A stretch of 47,132 nt of DNA from Chloroflexota bacterium (lineage in GTDB: Bacteria; Chloroflexota; Limnocylindria; P2-11E): the NCBI GenBank assembly GCA_016183435.1, contig JACPEQ010000018.1:1-47132 (forward strand). The letters run 5' to 3'. Positions within the stretch are counted from its first letter, which is position 1. Every line of letters starts with the position of its first letter. The notes beneath the pieces are model-generated. The model saw only the letters and a program-made list of their open reading frames with translations. It searched no databases and was not told the DNA's origin. This document shows positions 1 through 8,236 of the stretch, in pieces. The position numbers were made by a program, and so were the translations under genes.

Positions 1-1
1 G

Positions 2-1684
2 GAGGAGGTCGACGAGGCGACGTTCCGCAAGCGACCCGGCGGGCGCGCCATGATCGCCCATTACCTGCTGACGGAGCTGCCGCCCGGGATCGACGCGCTC
101 GGTCCTGACAACCTGCTCATCTTCGCGCCTGGCGTGCTCACCGGGACGCCGCTCTCCGGCGCTTCGCGCCACTCCGTCGGCGCCAAGTCGCCGCTCACCG
201 GCGGGTTCGGCGAGGCCGAGGTCGGGGGGTTCTGGGGCGCGGAGCTGAAGCGCGCCGGCTGGGACGGCATCGTCGTGCGCGGCGCCTCGCCGACCCCGGT
301 GTACCTCTTCATCAAGGACGATGAGGTGGAGATCCGGGACGCGACGCACCTCTGGGGCATGGACACCGGGGACACCGAGGAGACGCTGAAGGCCGAGGTC
401 GGCGAGCGCCTCGCGCGGGTCTGCGAGATCGGACCCGCCGGTGAGAACCGCGTGCGGATCGGCGGGATCGTGAACGACTACAAGGACATCGCCGGCCGCG
501 CGGGTCTCGGCGCCGTCATGGGGTCGAAGCGGCTGAAGGCGATCGTGGTGAAGGGATCAAGGGCCGTGCCGCTCGCGGACGCCGCGAAGGTGAAGGAGGT
601 CGGGCGCTGGGTCGCGGACCGCCTGCAGGAGGACCACTGGGCGTTCCACAACTTCGGGACGGGTATGGGCCTCGACGGGTACGCGCAGGTCGGCGGTTTC
701 GCCGTGCGCAACTTCGAGGGTGGCCCGTTCGACCAGGCCGCCGACATCAGCGCCGAGGCGCTGATCGACCGGGGCTTTCGCGTGAAGATGGAGGCCTGCT
801 GGGCATGCTCCGTCCGCTGCAAGAAGGTCGTGCGACTGGAGGAGCCGTACCGCATCGACCCGAAGTACGGCGGCCCGGAGTTCGAGTCGACGGTGGCGCT
901 CGGGGCGCACTGCGGCGTGGGAGATCTCGCGGTCATCTCGAAGGCGAACGAGCGCTGCAACGCCCTCGGCATCGACACCATCTCCACCGGCGCCACCATC
1001 GCGTGGGCCATGGACCTGCGCCGCCACGGGATCCTTCCGGACGCCCAGCTCGACGGTGAGCCCCTGGAGTTCGGCAACGGTCGCGCGGTGCTGGCCGGCG
1101 TCGAGGCGATCGCGCATCGGCGTGGCCTCGGCGACGTCCTCGCCGAGGGGTCCGCCCGCGCGGCCGAGCGCCTGGGCGGCGCGGAGCTCCTGACAACGGT
1201 GAAGGGCCTCGAGATCGCGATGCACGACCCGCGGCAGCGCACGGAGTACGGTCGCACCGTCCGCGTCTCGTACGCGACGAGCCCGAGCGGCGGCGACCAC
1301 ATGGTCTCGCACCTGCCACCGCGCAGCATGCGGAACACCGTCGGGATGTGCTTCTTCCTCAAGTACGACGACCCCAAGATGCTGGAGATCGTGAACGCGG
1401 TCTCCGGCTGGGGGCTCACGCCGCGGGAGCTCAGCGACATCGGGGAGCGCTCGCTCACCCTCGCGCGGCTCTTCAACGAGCGAGAGGGATCCACCGCGAA
1501 GGACGACCGGCTGCCGCAGCAGGTGATGCGTCCGCACGTCTCCGGGCCGCTCTCGAAGGTGCGTCTGGACGAGGGCGACCTGCGCGCGCAGGTCGCCGCC
1601 TACTACGCCGGCCGCGGCTGGGACGACGCCGGGCATCCGAAGCGCGAGACGCTCGAGCGCCTCGGCATCACGGAGTACGCGTAG
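2..1684 (+). CDS. aldehyde:ferredoxin oxidoreductase (tungsto/molybdopterin AOR family), 5' end cut by window edge
   Basis: Frame is open from nt 2 (EEVDEATFRKRPGGRAMIAHYLL...), so the ATG at 50 is internal. AOR-like motifs GASRHSVGAKSPLTGG and EACWACSVRCKK are present. Stop at 1682-1684. Confidence 0.85.
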   Translation, partial: EEVDEATFRKRPGGRAMIAHYLLTELPPGIDALGPDNLLIFAPGVLTGTPLSGASRHSVGAKSPLTGGFGEAEVGGFWGAELKRAGWDGIVVRGASPTPVYLFIKDDEVEIRDATHLWGMDTGDTEETLKAEVGERLARVCEIGPAGENRVRIGGIVNDYKDIAGRAGLGAVMGSKRLKAIVVKGSRAVPLADAAKVKEVGRWVADRLQEDHWAFHNFGTGMGLDGYAQVGGFAVRNFEGGPFDQAADISAEALIDRGFRVKMEACWACSVRCKKVVRLEEPYRIDPKYGGPEFESTVALGAHCGVGDLAVISKANERCNALGIDTISTGATIAWAMDLRRHGILPDAQLDGEPLEFGNGRAVLAGVEAIAHRRGLGDVLAEGSARAAERLGGAELLTTVKGLEIAMHDPRQRTEYGRTVRVSYATSPSGGDHMVSHLPPRSMRNTVGMCFFLKYDDPKMLEIVNAVSGWGLTPRELSDIGERSLTLARLFNEREGSTAKDDRLPQQVMRPHVSGPLSKVRLDEGDLRAQVAAYYAGRGWDDAGHPKRETLERLGITEYA

Positions 1685-1742
1685 CGCCGTCGATCATTCC
1701 GCTGCACCTCGCGTGCAGGGGTGGCGTGGGATGATGCCTCGT

Positions 1743-2531
1743 ATGGGTCTGCTCGGGGGCAAGAGGGCGCTGATCGTCGGGGTCGGCAACCAGCGCAGCA
1801 TCGCGTGGGGCATCGCCGCCGCATTCCAGCGCGAAGGCGCGAAGCTCGCGTTCACGTATCTGAACGAGCGATTCAAGGACAACGTGCACAAGCTCGTCGA
1901 GACGCTGCCCGACCACTCCGCCATCCCTGTGCTGCAGTGCGACGCGTCGAAGCCCGAGGAGGTCACGCGCCTCTTCTCGGAGGTGGACCAGCGCTGGAAC
2001 GGCCTCGACATCCTCGTCCACTCGATCGCGTACTCGCCGACGGAGGACCTCAAGCGCCGGTTCCACGAGATCTCCCGCGAGGGCGTGCTCACGGCGCTCG
2101 ACGTCAGCGCGTACACGCTCGTGTCGCTGTCGCGCGCTGCGCTCCCGCTCTTCGAGAAGGCGGGCGGCGGCGCGGTGATGGCGCTCACGTTCAACGCGGT
2201 CGAGCGCGTCGTGCCGAGCTACAACGCGATGGCGGTCGCGAAGGCCGCGCTCGAGACGTGCGTCCGCTACCTCGCCGTCGATCTCGGCCCCCACAACGTG
2301 CGGGTCAACGCGATCTCCGCGGGCCCGCTGAAGACCCTGTCGGCGAGCGCGGTCAAGGGCATCTCGCAGGCGCGAGACCTCATGGAGGCCAAGTCGCCCC
2401 TGCGCCGCAACATCACACAGGAGGAAGTGGGGAACGTGGCCGTGTTCCTCGCGAGCGAATGGTCGCGCTCGGTGACCGGGGCGACGATCTACGCGGACAA
2501 CGGGATGAACATCGTCGGGGTGACCGAGTAG
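1743..2531 (+). CDS. fabI: enoyl-[acyl-carrier-protein] reductase (NADH), FabI
   Basis: MGLLGGKRALIVGVGNQRSIAWGIA N-terminus typical of FabI, with an SDR fold and ISAGPLKTLSAS. I chose the ATG at 1743; the ORF track begins at GTG 1713. Confidence 0.9.
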   Translation: MGLLGGKRALIVGVGNQRSIAWGIAAAFQREGAKLAFTYLNERFKDNVHKLVETLPDHSAIPVLQCDASKPEEVTRLFSEVDQRWNGLDILVHSIAYSPTEDLKRRFHEISREGVLTALDVSAYTLVSLSRAALPLFEKAGGGAVMALTFNAVERVVPSYNAMAVAKAALETCVRYLAVDLGPHNVRVNAISAGPLKTLSASAVKGISQARDLMEAKSPLRRNITQEEVGNVAVFLASEWSRSVTGATIYADNGMNIVGVTE

Positions 2532-2990
2532 CTAGCGCCCTCTGAGGCGCAGCTCGTAGAGGACCGTCGCCGTGGCGCGCTCGTCACCGGACCAGCGGAA
2601 TCCCGTGCGCTCCGCCCACTGCGCGCCCGGGCCCATCGGCGCGGTGCGCAGCCGCACGACGGTCGCCTCGCGCTCCGCGAGCTCCTCGCGGAGGTGGTCC
2701 CAGATCGCCGTCGCGACGCCGCGGCGCCGATAGGGGATGTCGACGGCGAGATGCAGGAAGTACCGCCGCGGGTCGAACTGGTCGGGCTCGTGGTGCAGCT
2801 CGCCGTAGCCGACCGCGACGCCCTCCTCGTCCTGCGCGACGACGCGGACCTTCTCGAAGCGGGAGTGGTCCCAGCGCTCGTCGTAGCGGCGGATGTCCTC
2901 GACAGTGACCTGCTCGCCCTCGGCCTCGCACTTCATCTTGGCCAGGCGCGGGTAGTCGTGCGGGTGAAAGGGCCGGACCCGGATCTCCAT
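2532..2990 (-). CDS. GNAT family N-acetyltransferase
   Basis: Real gene is the C-terminal 152 aa of ORF 2532..3365, starting at ATG 2990 (MEIRVRPFHP...). Acetyl-CoA binding motif YRRRGVATAIW. The upstream part of the ORF is antisense or overlap noise. Confidence 0.8.
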   Translation of the reverse strand: MEIRVRPFHPHDYPRLAKMKCEAEGEQVTVEDIRRYDERWDHSRFEKVRVVAQDEEGVAVGYGELHHEPDQFDPRRYFLHLAVDIPYRRRGVATAIWDHLREELAEREATVVRLRTAPMGPGAQWAERTGFRWSGDERATATVLYELRLRGR

Positions 2991-2991
2991 G

Positions 2992-3639
2992 TCAGTCGCC
3001 ACGGAACAACCTGCCCGACTGAAGAGCGCCGCGCAGCCAGCCGAGCTCGTCGCCGATCGTCGTCGGCGGCCCGTGCCCGGGGTAGACGCGCGTCCGCGGT
3101 GGGAGCGCCGCGACCCGGCGCAGGCTCGCTTCCATCTGTCGCGGGTCGCCCCCGGGAAGGTCGACCCGCCCGACGTTGCCGCTGAACAGGACGTCGCCCG
3201 AGAAGAGGATCCCCTCGGCCGGCAGGTAGAAGCAGGTCGAGCCCTCGGTGTGGCCGGGGGTGTGGAGCGCCTGGACCTCCACGTCCGCGAGGTAGGTGAC
3301 CGGGCCTTCGTCGAGCAGGTCGTCCGGGACCGCTCGCGGCGCCGGAGGGAGGACGGACGCACCACCGGGCTTGCTGACGAGGTCCAGGCGATACGCGTCG
3401 AGCCGGTGGATCGCCAGCCGCGCGCGCGTCGCCTCCTTCACCGGCGCGTTCGCGTACACGTGGTCGGGATGGCCATGGGTGTTGAGGATCGCGAGCAGAC
3501 GCAGCCCGTTCTCACGCATCGCGCCCAGCACTTCCGCCTCCGCCATCGACGGGTCGATGAGGATCGCATCGCTCCGGTCGTCGACGAGGATGTAGACCCC
3601 GTTGTCGAACGGTGCGACACGAAAGGGCATCACCCGCAC
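2992..3639 (-). CDS. MBL-fold metallo-hydrolase (glyoxalase II-like)
   Basis: NTHGHPDHV (HxHxDH) motif and later HTPGHTEGS. Its stop lies 1 nt upstream of the GNAT start (coupled pair). Alternative ATG start at 3630. Confidence 0.85.
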   Translation of the reverse strand: MRVMPFRVAPFDNGVYILVDDRSDAILIDPSMAEAEVLGAMRENGLRLLAILNTHGHPDHVYANAPVKEATRARLAIHRLDAYRLDLVSKPGGASVLPPAPRAVPDDLLDEGPVTYLADVEVQALHTPGHTEGSTCFYLPAEGILFSGDVLFSGNVGRVDLPGGDPRQMEASLRRVAALPPRTRVYPGHGPPTTIGDELGWLRGALQSGRLFRGD

Positions 3640-3676
3640 GGCGGCCTGACGGTACCCCCTTTAGGATCTGCGTGCC

Positions 3677-5431
3677 GTGAGAGCGACGCCGGTCGTCGAC
3701 ACCGCGCCTCCGACCGCGACCACGAAAGGTCGCCCCGCCGTGCTCGGTACGAAGCACATGGTCAGCTCGACCCATTACCTCTCGTCGCTCGCGGGCCTCC
3801 GCATGTTCCCGCGCGGCGGGAACGCCGTGGACGCGGGCGTCGCCGCGGGGATCGCGCTGAACGTGGTGGAGCCGCACCTCACGTCCTTCGGCGGCGTCGC
3901 GCCGATCGTGGTGTTCGGGCCGGGCATGCAGGAGCCGGTGACGATCGACGGCCTCGGCCGCTGGCCGCGCGGCCTCGATCTCACCACGTACCGCTCGCGG
4001 CACGGTGATGACATGCCGCTGGGCGCCCCGCGCATGGTCACGCCCGGCGCGCCGGACGCGTGGCTCACCGCGCTGGCCCGATACGGCCGGCTCTCGCTCG
4101 CCGAGGTGCTCGCGCCGGCGATCGAGCTGTGCGACGGGTTCCCCGTGTTCCCGCGCCTGGCGCGGGCGCTGGAGATGTGGGCCGACCGGATCCGCATGTG
4201 GCCGACGACGGCCGCGGTCTTCCTGCCCGGCGGCCGTCCTCCGCGGGCGGGTGAGGCGCTCGTCCAACGTGAGCTCGGCGACCTGTTCCGGCGGCTCATC
4301 GCCGTCGAGCGCGCCCATGACACCCGCGGCCGGGCGGCGGCGATCATGGCCGCGCGGGACGCGCTGTACCACGGCGACATCGCGCGGGAGATCGCCGCGT
4401 TCGTCGGGCGCGAGGGGGGAGCGCTGACGTACGACGACCTCGCCGCCTATCACGTGTCGATCGGGCCCGGCGCGCACACGACGTATCGCGGCATCGACGT
4501 GTACGCCTGCGGGCCGTGGTCGCAGGGCCCGCTGGTGCCGATGACGCTGAACATCCTCGAGCGGTACGACGTCGCGGGGATGGGCGCGCTGTCGGTGGAG
4601 TTCCTGCACACCTACACCGAGGCGATGAAGCTCGCGTGCGCCGACCGCGAAGGCTTCTTCGGCGATCCCGACCTGATGGACGTCCCGATCCGCGGCCTGC
4701 TCGACAAGGGCTACGCCGCGGAGCGGGCGAAGCTGATCCGCGCCGACCGCGCGCATCCCGAGCTCCCGCCACCCGGCGATCCGTGGCGGTACGAAGGGCG
4801 CACCGGCCCGGCCGGCTACCGCCCCGCGCCCGCCGAGGGCGACCGCTTCCCCGATACCTCCTACGCCTGCGCGATGGACGCCGAAGGCTGGGCGTTCTCG
4901 GCGACGCCGTCGGATCCCGCCGCGCACGGGCCACTGGTCCCGGGGCTCGGGACGATCGTGTCGAGCCGCGGCGCGCAGCTGTGGACGACGCCCGGCCATC
5001 CCTCCGCGATCGCGCCCTGGAAGCGGCCCCGCCTCACGCCGAACCCCGCGCTCCTCGTGCGCGACGGGCGCGCCTACATGCCCTTCGGCTGCCCCGGCGA
5101 GGACGCGCAGTGCCAGGGCATGGTGCAGGTCGTGTGCGGGATCGTGGACTTCGGCATGGACACGCAGGAGGCCATCGAGATGCCACGCGTGATCTCGCGC
5201 AGCTTCCCGTGGACGTTCCATCCGCATCGGTACGCCCCCGGTGAGCTCGGCGTCGAAGGCCGGATCCCCGCCGCCGTTCGCGAACGGCTCGCCGCGCTCG
5301 GTCACAAGGTGTTGCAGTGGCCGGACATGACGGCCGCAGCCTCCGGCGTTTGCGCCATCCGCCGGCTCGACACCGGGACGCTCGAAGGCGGCGCCGACCC
5401 GCGGCGCGAGAGCTACGCCGTCGGGTGGTGA
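3677..5431 (+). CDS. gamma-glutamyltransferase family protein
   Basis: 584 aa. GGNAVDAGVAAGIAL N-terminal region and a DTSY segment consistent with the autoprocessing Thr of GGT/Ntn hydrolases. GTG start. Confidence 0.85.
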   Translation: MRATPVVDTAPPTATTKGRPAVLGTKHMVSSTHYLSSLAGLRMFPRGGNAVDAGVAAGIALNVVEPHLTSFGGVAPIVVFGPGMQEPVTIDGLGRWPRGLDLTTYRSRHGDDMPLGAPRMVTPGAPDAWLTALARYGRLSLAEVLAPAIELCDGFPVFPRLARALEMWADRIRMWPTTAAVFLPGGRPPRAGEALVQRELGDLFRRLIAVERAHDTRGRAAAIMAARDALYHGDIAREIAAFVGREGGALTYDDLAAYHVSIGPGAHTTYRGIDVYACGPWSQGPLVPMTLNILERYDVAGMGALSVEFLHTYTEAMKLACADREGFFGDPDLMDVPIRGLLDKGYAAERAKLIRADRAHPELPPPGDPWRYEGRTGPAGYRPAPAEGDRFPDTSYACAMDAEGWAFSATPSDPAAHGPLVPGLGTIVSSRGAQLWTTPGHPSAIAPWKRPRLTPNPALLVRDGRAYMPFGCPGEDAQCQGMVQVVCGIVDFGMDTQEAIEMPRVISRSFPWTFHPHRYAPGELGVEGRIPAAVRERLAALGHKVLQWPDMTAAASGVCAIRRLDTGTLEGGADPRRESYAVGW

Positions 5432-5470
5432 GCGTGGACGGCTGAGGAGACCGACCAGGCTCTCACGACC

Positions 5471-5824
5471 TCAGGTGCGCTTCCTCAGCCGGCTGACGAC
5501 GACGAGGAGATCCCCGCCAGGATCCTCAAAGGCAGCGGTCCCGCTCGCGATCCGCTCGCCCTCGAGCACGTGAGCGCGTAGCCGATCGACCGGCAGGAGT
5601 GGGTCGGCCAGGTTGCTCGGGTCGTGGTCCAGACCGGTACGTTCGCGCACGAGCCGCCGCGTCTCGGCCCAGCGGACGATCGCGTCGCGGTCCCGCTCGG
5701 GGAAGCGCGCGTACGCCTCGGGACTTCGCATGGCGTCGCGGTAGGGGCCGAGCCGGCGCAGCTCGGTGCCGCGCGGGTGCTCGGAGGCGAGGCGGATCTC
5801 CTTCTCGTCGATCTCGTCGGTCAC
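5471..5824 (-). CDS. hypothetical protein (117 aa)
   Basis: Strong GC3 bias in this frame, GTG start, no recognisable motif. Confidence 0.55.
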   Translation of the reverse strand: MTDEIDEKEIRLASEHPRGTELRRLGPYRDAMRSPEAYARFPERDRDAIVRWAETRRLVRERTGLDHDPSNLADPLLPVDRLRAHVLEGERIASGTAAFEDPGGDLLVVVSRLRKRT

Positions 5825-5898
5825 GGCTGAGACGCTACGTCAGCCACGTGCTCCGCGCGCGCCCATATCGTGGACTGGTGGCCGAGAACGCTCCTCGG

Positions 5899-6648
5899 AT
5901 GGAGGACTCACGCGCGGAGCGCGATCTGCTCGTGATCGCGAAGGTCATCGGCTCGAGCGAGTTCCCGGTCGAGCGTCCGGCGATCGTCGGTGTCGACCGG
6001 GAGACCGGCGGGCTCCTCCGCCTCAGCCCGTTCCCGTGGAAGGGCGCCGACACGGACCCGCCGATCCAGAAGTGGTCCTGGCTCCACGCGGGCACGCGGG
6101 CCTCGGAGTACGACCCGCGGCCGGAATCGCGCGAGGTCGTTGGCGAGGTCACCGCCACCGCGTACGTCGACGCGAAGGAGGGCTGGCGGCTGCGGTGGCC
6201 GTTCGTGCGGCCGCATGTCGTCCGCTCGCTGGAGGACGCGCAGCAGCGGGCGCGGGATGGAGCGGGGACCGCCGCGTTCATCCGCCCCGCGACCGACGCC
6301 GACGTGATACAGCTGCCGCTGCGCCTCCGCTTCCGGTGCGACGACGAGGGCTGTTCGACATACCACGAGCTGCCGGTCCTCGACTGGGAGCTGCATCAGA
6401 TCGCCCGCGCGACGCGCGAGCGGTACGGGCCGCAGTGGGCCACGCAGTTCCGCCAGACCTGGGGCGCGCCGCTGTTCGAGCGCTACGACGTTCACGTGCT
6501 CGTCTCGACCTATGCGCAGGCGATCACGAGGCCGTACGTGGCCGGGCTGTTCTGCCCGCCCCGTGCCGGCGAGGACGCGCACGCCCACGCGCATCACGTC
6601 GAGCATCGGAGCCACTCCGTACCCCCTGGCGCGCAGACCGAGGCGTAG
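5899..6648 (+). CDS. hypothetical protein (249 aa) with Cys/His patch
   Basis: ATG at 5899 (MEDSRAERDLLVIAK...). The part of the track ORF upstream of 5899 overlaps the antisense gene. RFRCDDEGCSTYHELPVLDWELH patch. The last codons (PGAQTEA-stop) lie in repeat copy A. Confidence 0.6.
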   Translation: MEDSRAERDLLVIAKVIGSSEFPVERPAIVGVDRETGGLLRLSPFPWKGADTDPPIQKWSWLHAGTRASEYDPRPESREVVGEVTATAYVDAKEGWRLRWPFVRPHVVRSLEDAQQRARDGAGTAAFIRPATDADVIQLPLRLRFRCDDEGCSTYHELPVLDWELHQIARATRERYGPQWATQFRQTWGAPLFERYDVHVLVSTYAQAITRPYVAGLFCPPRAGEDAHAHAHHVEHRSHSVPPGAQTEA

Positions 6649-6703
6649 ACGAGGTCGAGCACCCGGGCCCGAGCGAGGGGTTCCCCCGAGCGAGGGTCGG
6701 ACC
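6623..6703 (+). repeat. GC-rich intergenic repeat family 1, copy A (short form)
   Basis: ccctggcgcgcagaccgaggcg...gaggtcgagcacccgggcccgagcgaggggttcccccgagcgagggtcgga. Alignable by eye to six other copies in the window. Confidence 0.9.
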
Positions 6704-7137
6704 TAGACCTTTCCGATCAGCTCCCTGGGGGCGTCGTGTCGCTCGCTGCCGATCTCGCTCTTCTTCCCGCGATAGCCGTGCGGGAAGATCCGCAGGAGCA
6801 GGTACGTCCCGGTGTTGGGATCCTCGGCGCGCTCGAGCACGAGCGACGGCCCCCACGGTGAGTCGAACGTGTCTCCGACCTCCGGCTTGGGCCGGCCCGG
6901 GTCGAAGCCCTGCCTGTCCCACTGGAGGACGGCGTAGCCGCGGACGATGCGCTCCTCCTCGCCGCCCTCGTCCGGACGCCACTGATGCGCTCCGGGATGC
7001 TCTCGCTGGCAGACCGCCGGCGAACCGGAGTGCATCGTCACCCATTTGTGCACGTCGGCGTCCTTCGACTGCGCACCCTGCGGGTACGCCTCGCGGTGGC
7101 GCGCCGCGCCCTCGCCGCAGAGGTAGTAGAAGAGCAC
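6703..7137 (-). CDS. hypothetical protein (about 144 aa)
   Basis: C-terminal part of ORF 6703..7947. Upstream of about 7140 that ORF is antisense to the hydrolase gene. In-frame GTG at 7137 (an ATG further in, at MHSGSP, is an alternative). High GC3, no family recognised. Confidence 0.5.
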   Translation of the reverse strand: MLFYYLCGEGAARHREAYPQGAQSKDADVHKWVTMHSGSPAVCQREHPGAHQWRPDEGGEEERIVRGYAVLQWDRQGFDPGRPKPEVGDTFDSPWGPSLVLERAEDPNTGTYLLLRIFPHGYRGKKSEIGSERHDAPRELIGKV

Positions 7138-7158
7138 GAGGGCATCATAGGTAGCGAC

Positions 7159-8157
7159 ATGGACGCGCGCACGATCCGGGTGGGTGGTCTGCGCGTCCGG
7201 GTGGTCGAGGTCGCGCCGCGTCGCGAGCGCGACGACCCCGTGTTCATGATCCACGGGCTCGGCGGATGGGCGGAGAACTGGCGCGAGATCATGCCGGCGG
7301 TCGCCGACAGCGGACGGCGCGCGATCGCGGTGGATCTCCCGGGATTCGGTGAGAGCGAGCGGCCGCGCCGCTCGCGCTACTTCGATCCGGAGAAGCCGTT
7401 CTACGCGCCGTTCGTGTTCGACACGCTCGACGCGCTCGGGATCGAGCACACGCACGTCGCCGGGCACTCGCTCGGCGGGGCCGTCGCGTACACCGCGGCG
7501 ATGTGGCGGCCCGACCGGGTGCGCTCGCTCACGCTCGCGGCGCCCGGGGGCCTGGGCAGGGAGATCGCCCGCGAGCTGCGCATCCTCACGCTGCCCGGGA
7601 TGGGCCTGCTCGCGCGGATCCGCCGGTCCGAGCGAGTGACGCGCCAGGTCCTGTATTCGTGCTTCCACGACCCGGCTCGGTGTCCCGAGCCGGTCGTCGC
7701 CGAGGCCATCAGGTACGGCGCGCCGGCGGCCCCGGAGATGGTCCGCGCGCTGCGGTCGGCCGTGACCTTCCGCGGCGGCGTTCGCGACGAGGTGCGCCTG
7801 CCCTGGATCGCACGCGCCGGACGGTACGGCGGCCCGGCGCTCATCCTGTGGGGCCGCGAGGATCGGATCCTGCCGGTGTCCCTCGTGGACGAGGCGCGCC
7901 GGATGGCCCCGCAAGCCGAGGTGCGGATCATCCCATCGTGCGGGCACCTGGTCATGGTCGAGCGGCCGCGCGAGATGCTCGATGCGCTCCTACCGTTCCT
8001 CGACCGCGCGGTGCGTCCCCCAGGCGCGCAGACCGAGGCGTGGTCCCCAGGCGCGCAGACCGAGGCGTGGTCCCCAGGCGCGCAGACCGAGACGCGAAGC
8101 GGCGAGGTCGAGCACCTGGGCGCGAGGGAGGGGTCCCCCCGACCGAGCGTCGGATGA
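7159..8157 (+). CDS. alpha/beta hydrolase
   Basis: ATG 7159 (MDARTIRVGG...). HGLGG oxyanion region, nucleophile elbow GHSLGG, C-terminal catalytic His in SCGHLVMVERP. The last 46 codons are encoded by repeat copy B. Confidence 0.85.
   Translation: MDARTIRVGGLRVRVVEVAPRRERDDPVFMIHGLGGWAENWREIMPAVADSGRRAIAVDLPGFGESERPRRSRYFDPEKPFYAPFVFDTLDALGIEHTHVAGHSLGGAVAYTAAMWRPDRVRSLTLAAPGGLGREIARELRILTLPGMGLLARIRRSERVTRQVLYSCFHDPARCPEPVVAEAIRYGAPAAPEMVRALRSAVTFRGGVRDEVRLPWIARAGRYGGPALILWGREDRILPVSLVDEARRMAPQAEVRIIPSCGHLVMVERPREMLDALLPFLDRAVRPPGAQTEAWSPGAQTEAWSPGAQTETRSGEVEHLGAREGSPRPSVG
8017..8155 (+). repeat. repeat family 1, copy B, head triplicated (3 x 27 nt)
   Basis: caggcgcgcagaccgag starts at 8021, 8048 and 8075 (period 27), followed by the usual gaggtcgagcacctggg...tcgga tail. 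Confidence 0.9.
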
Positions 8158-8236
8158 GGTTCGCTGGTCGCGACGTCCTGATCGCCATGCAGAGCGCGCC
8201 CCCGGCCCGCGCGGTCAGTGGCACCATGAAGCATCG

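Noticed and set aside
8017-8100. Possible CRISPR-like array, because of three 27-nt direct repeats
   Set aside because: The units are perfectly tandem with no spacers. They are part of repeat family 1, and no cas genes are present. This is not CRISPR.
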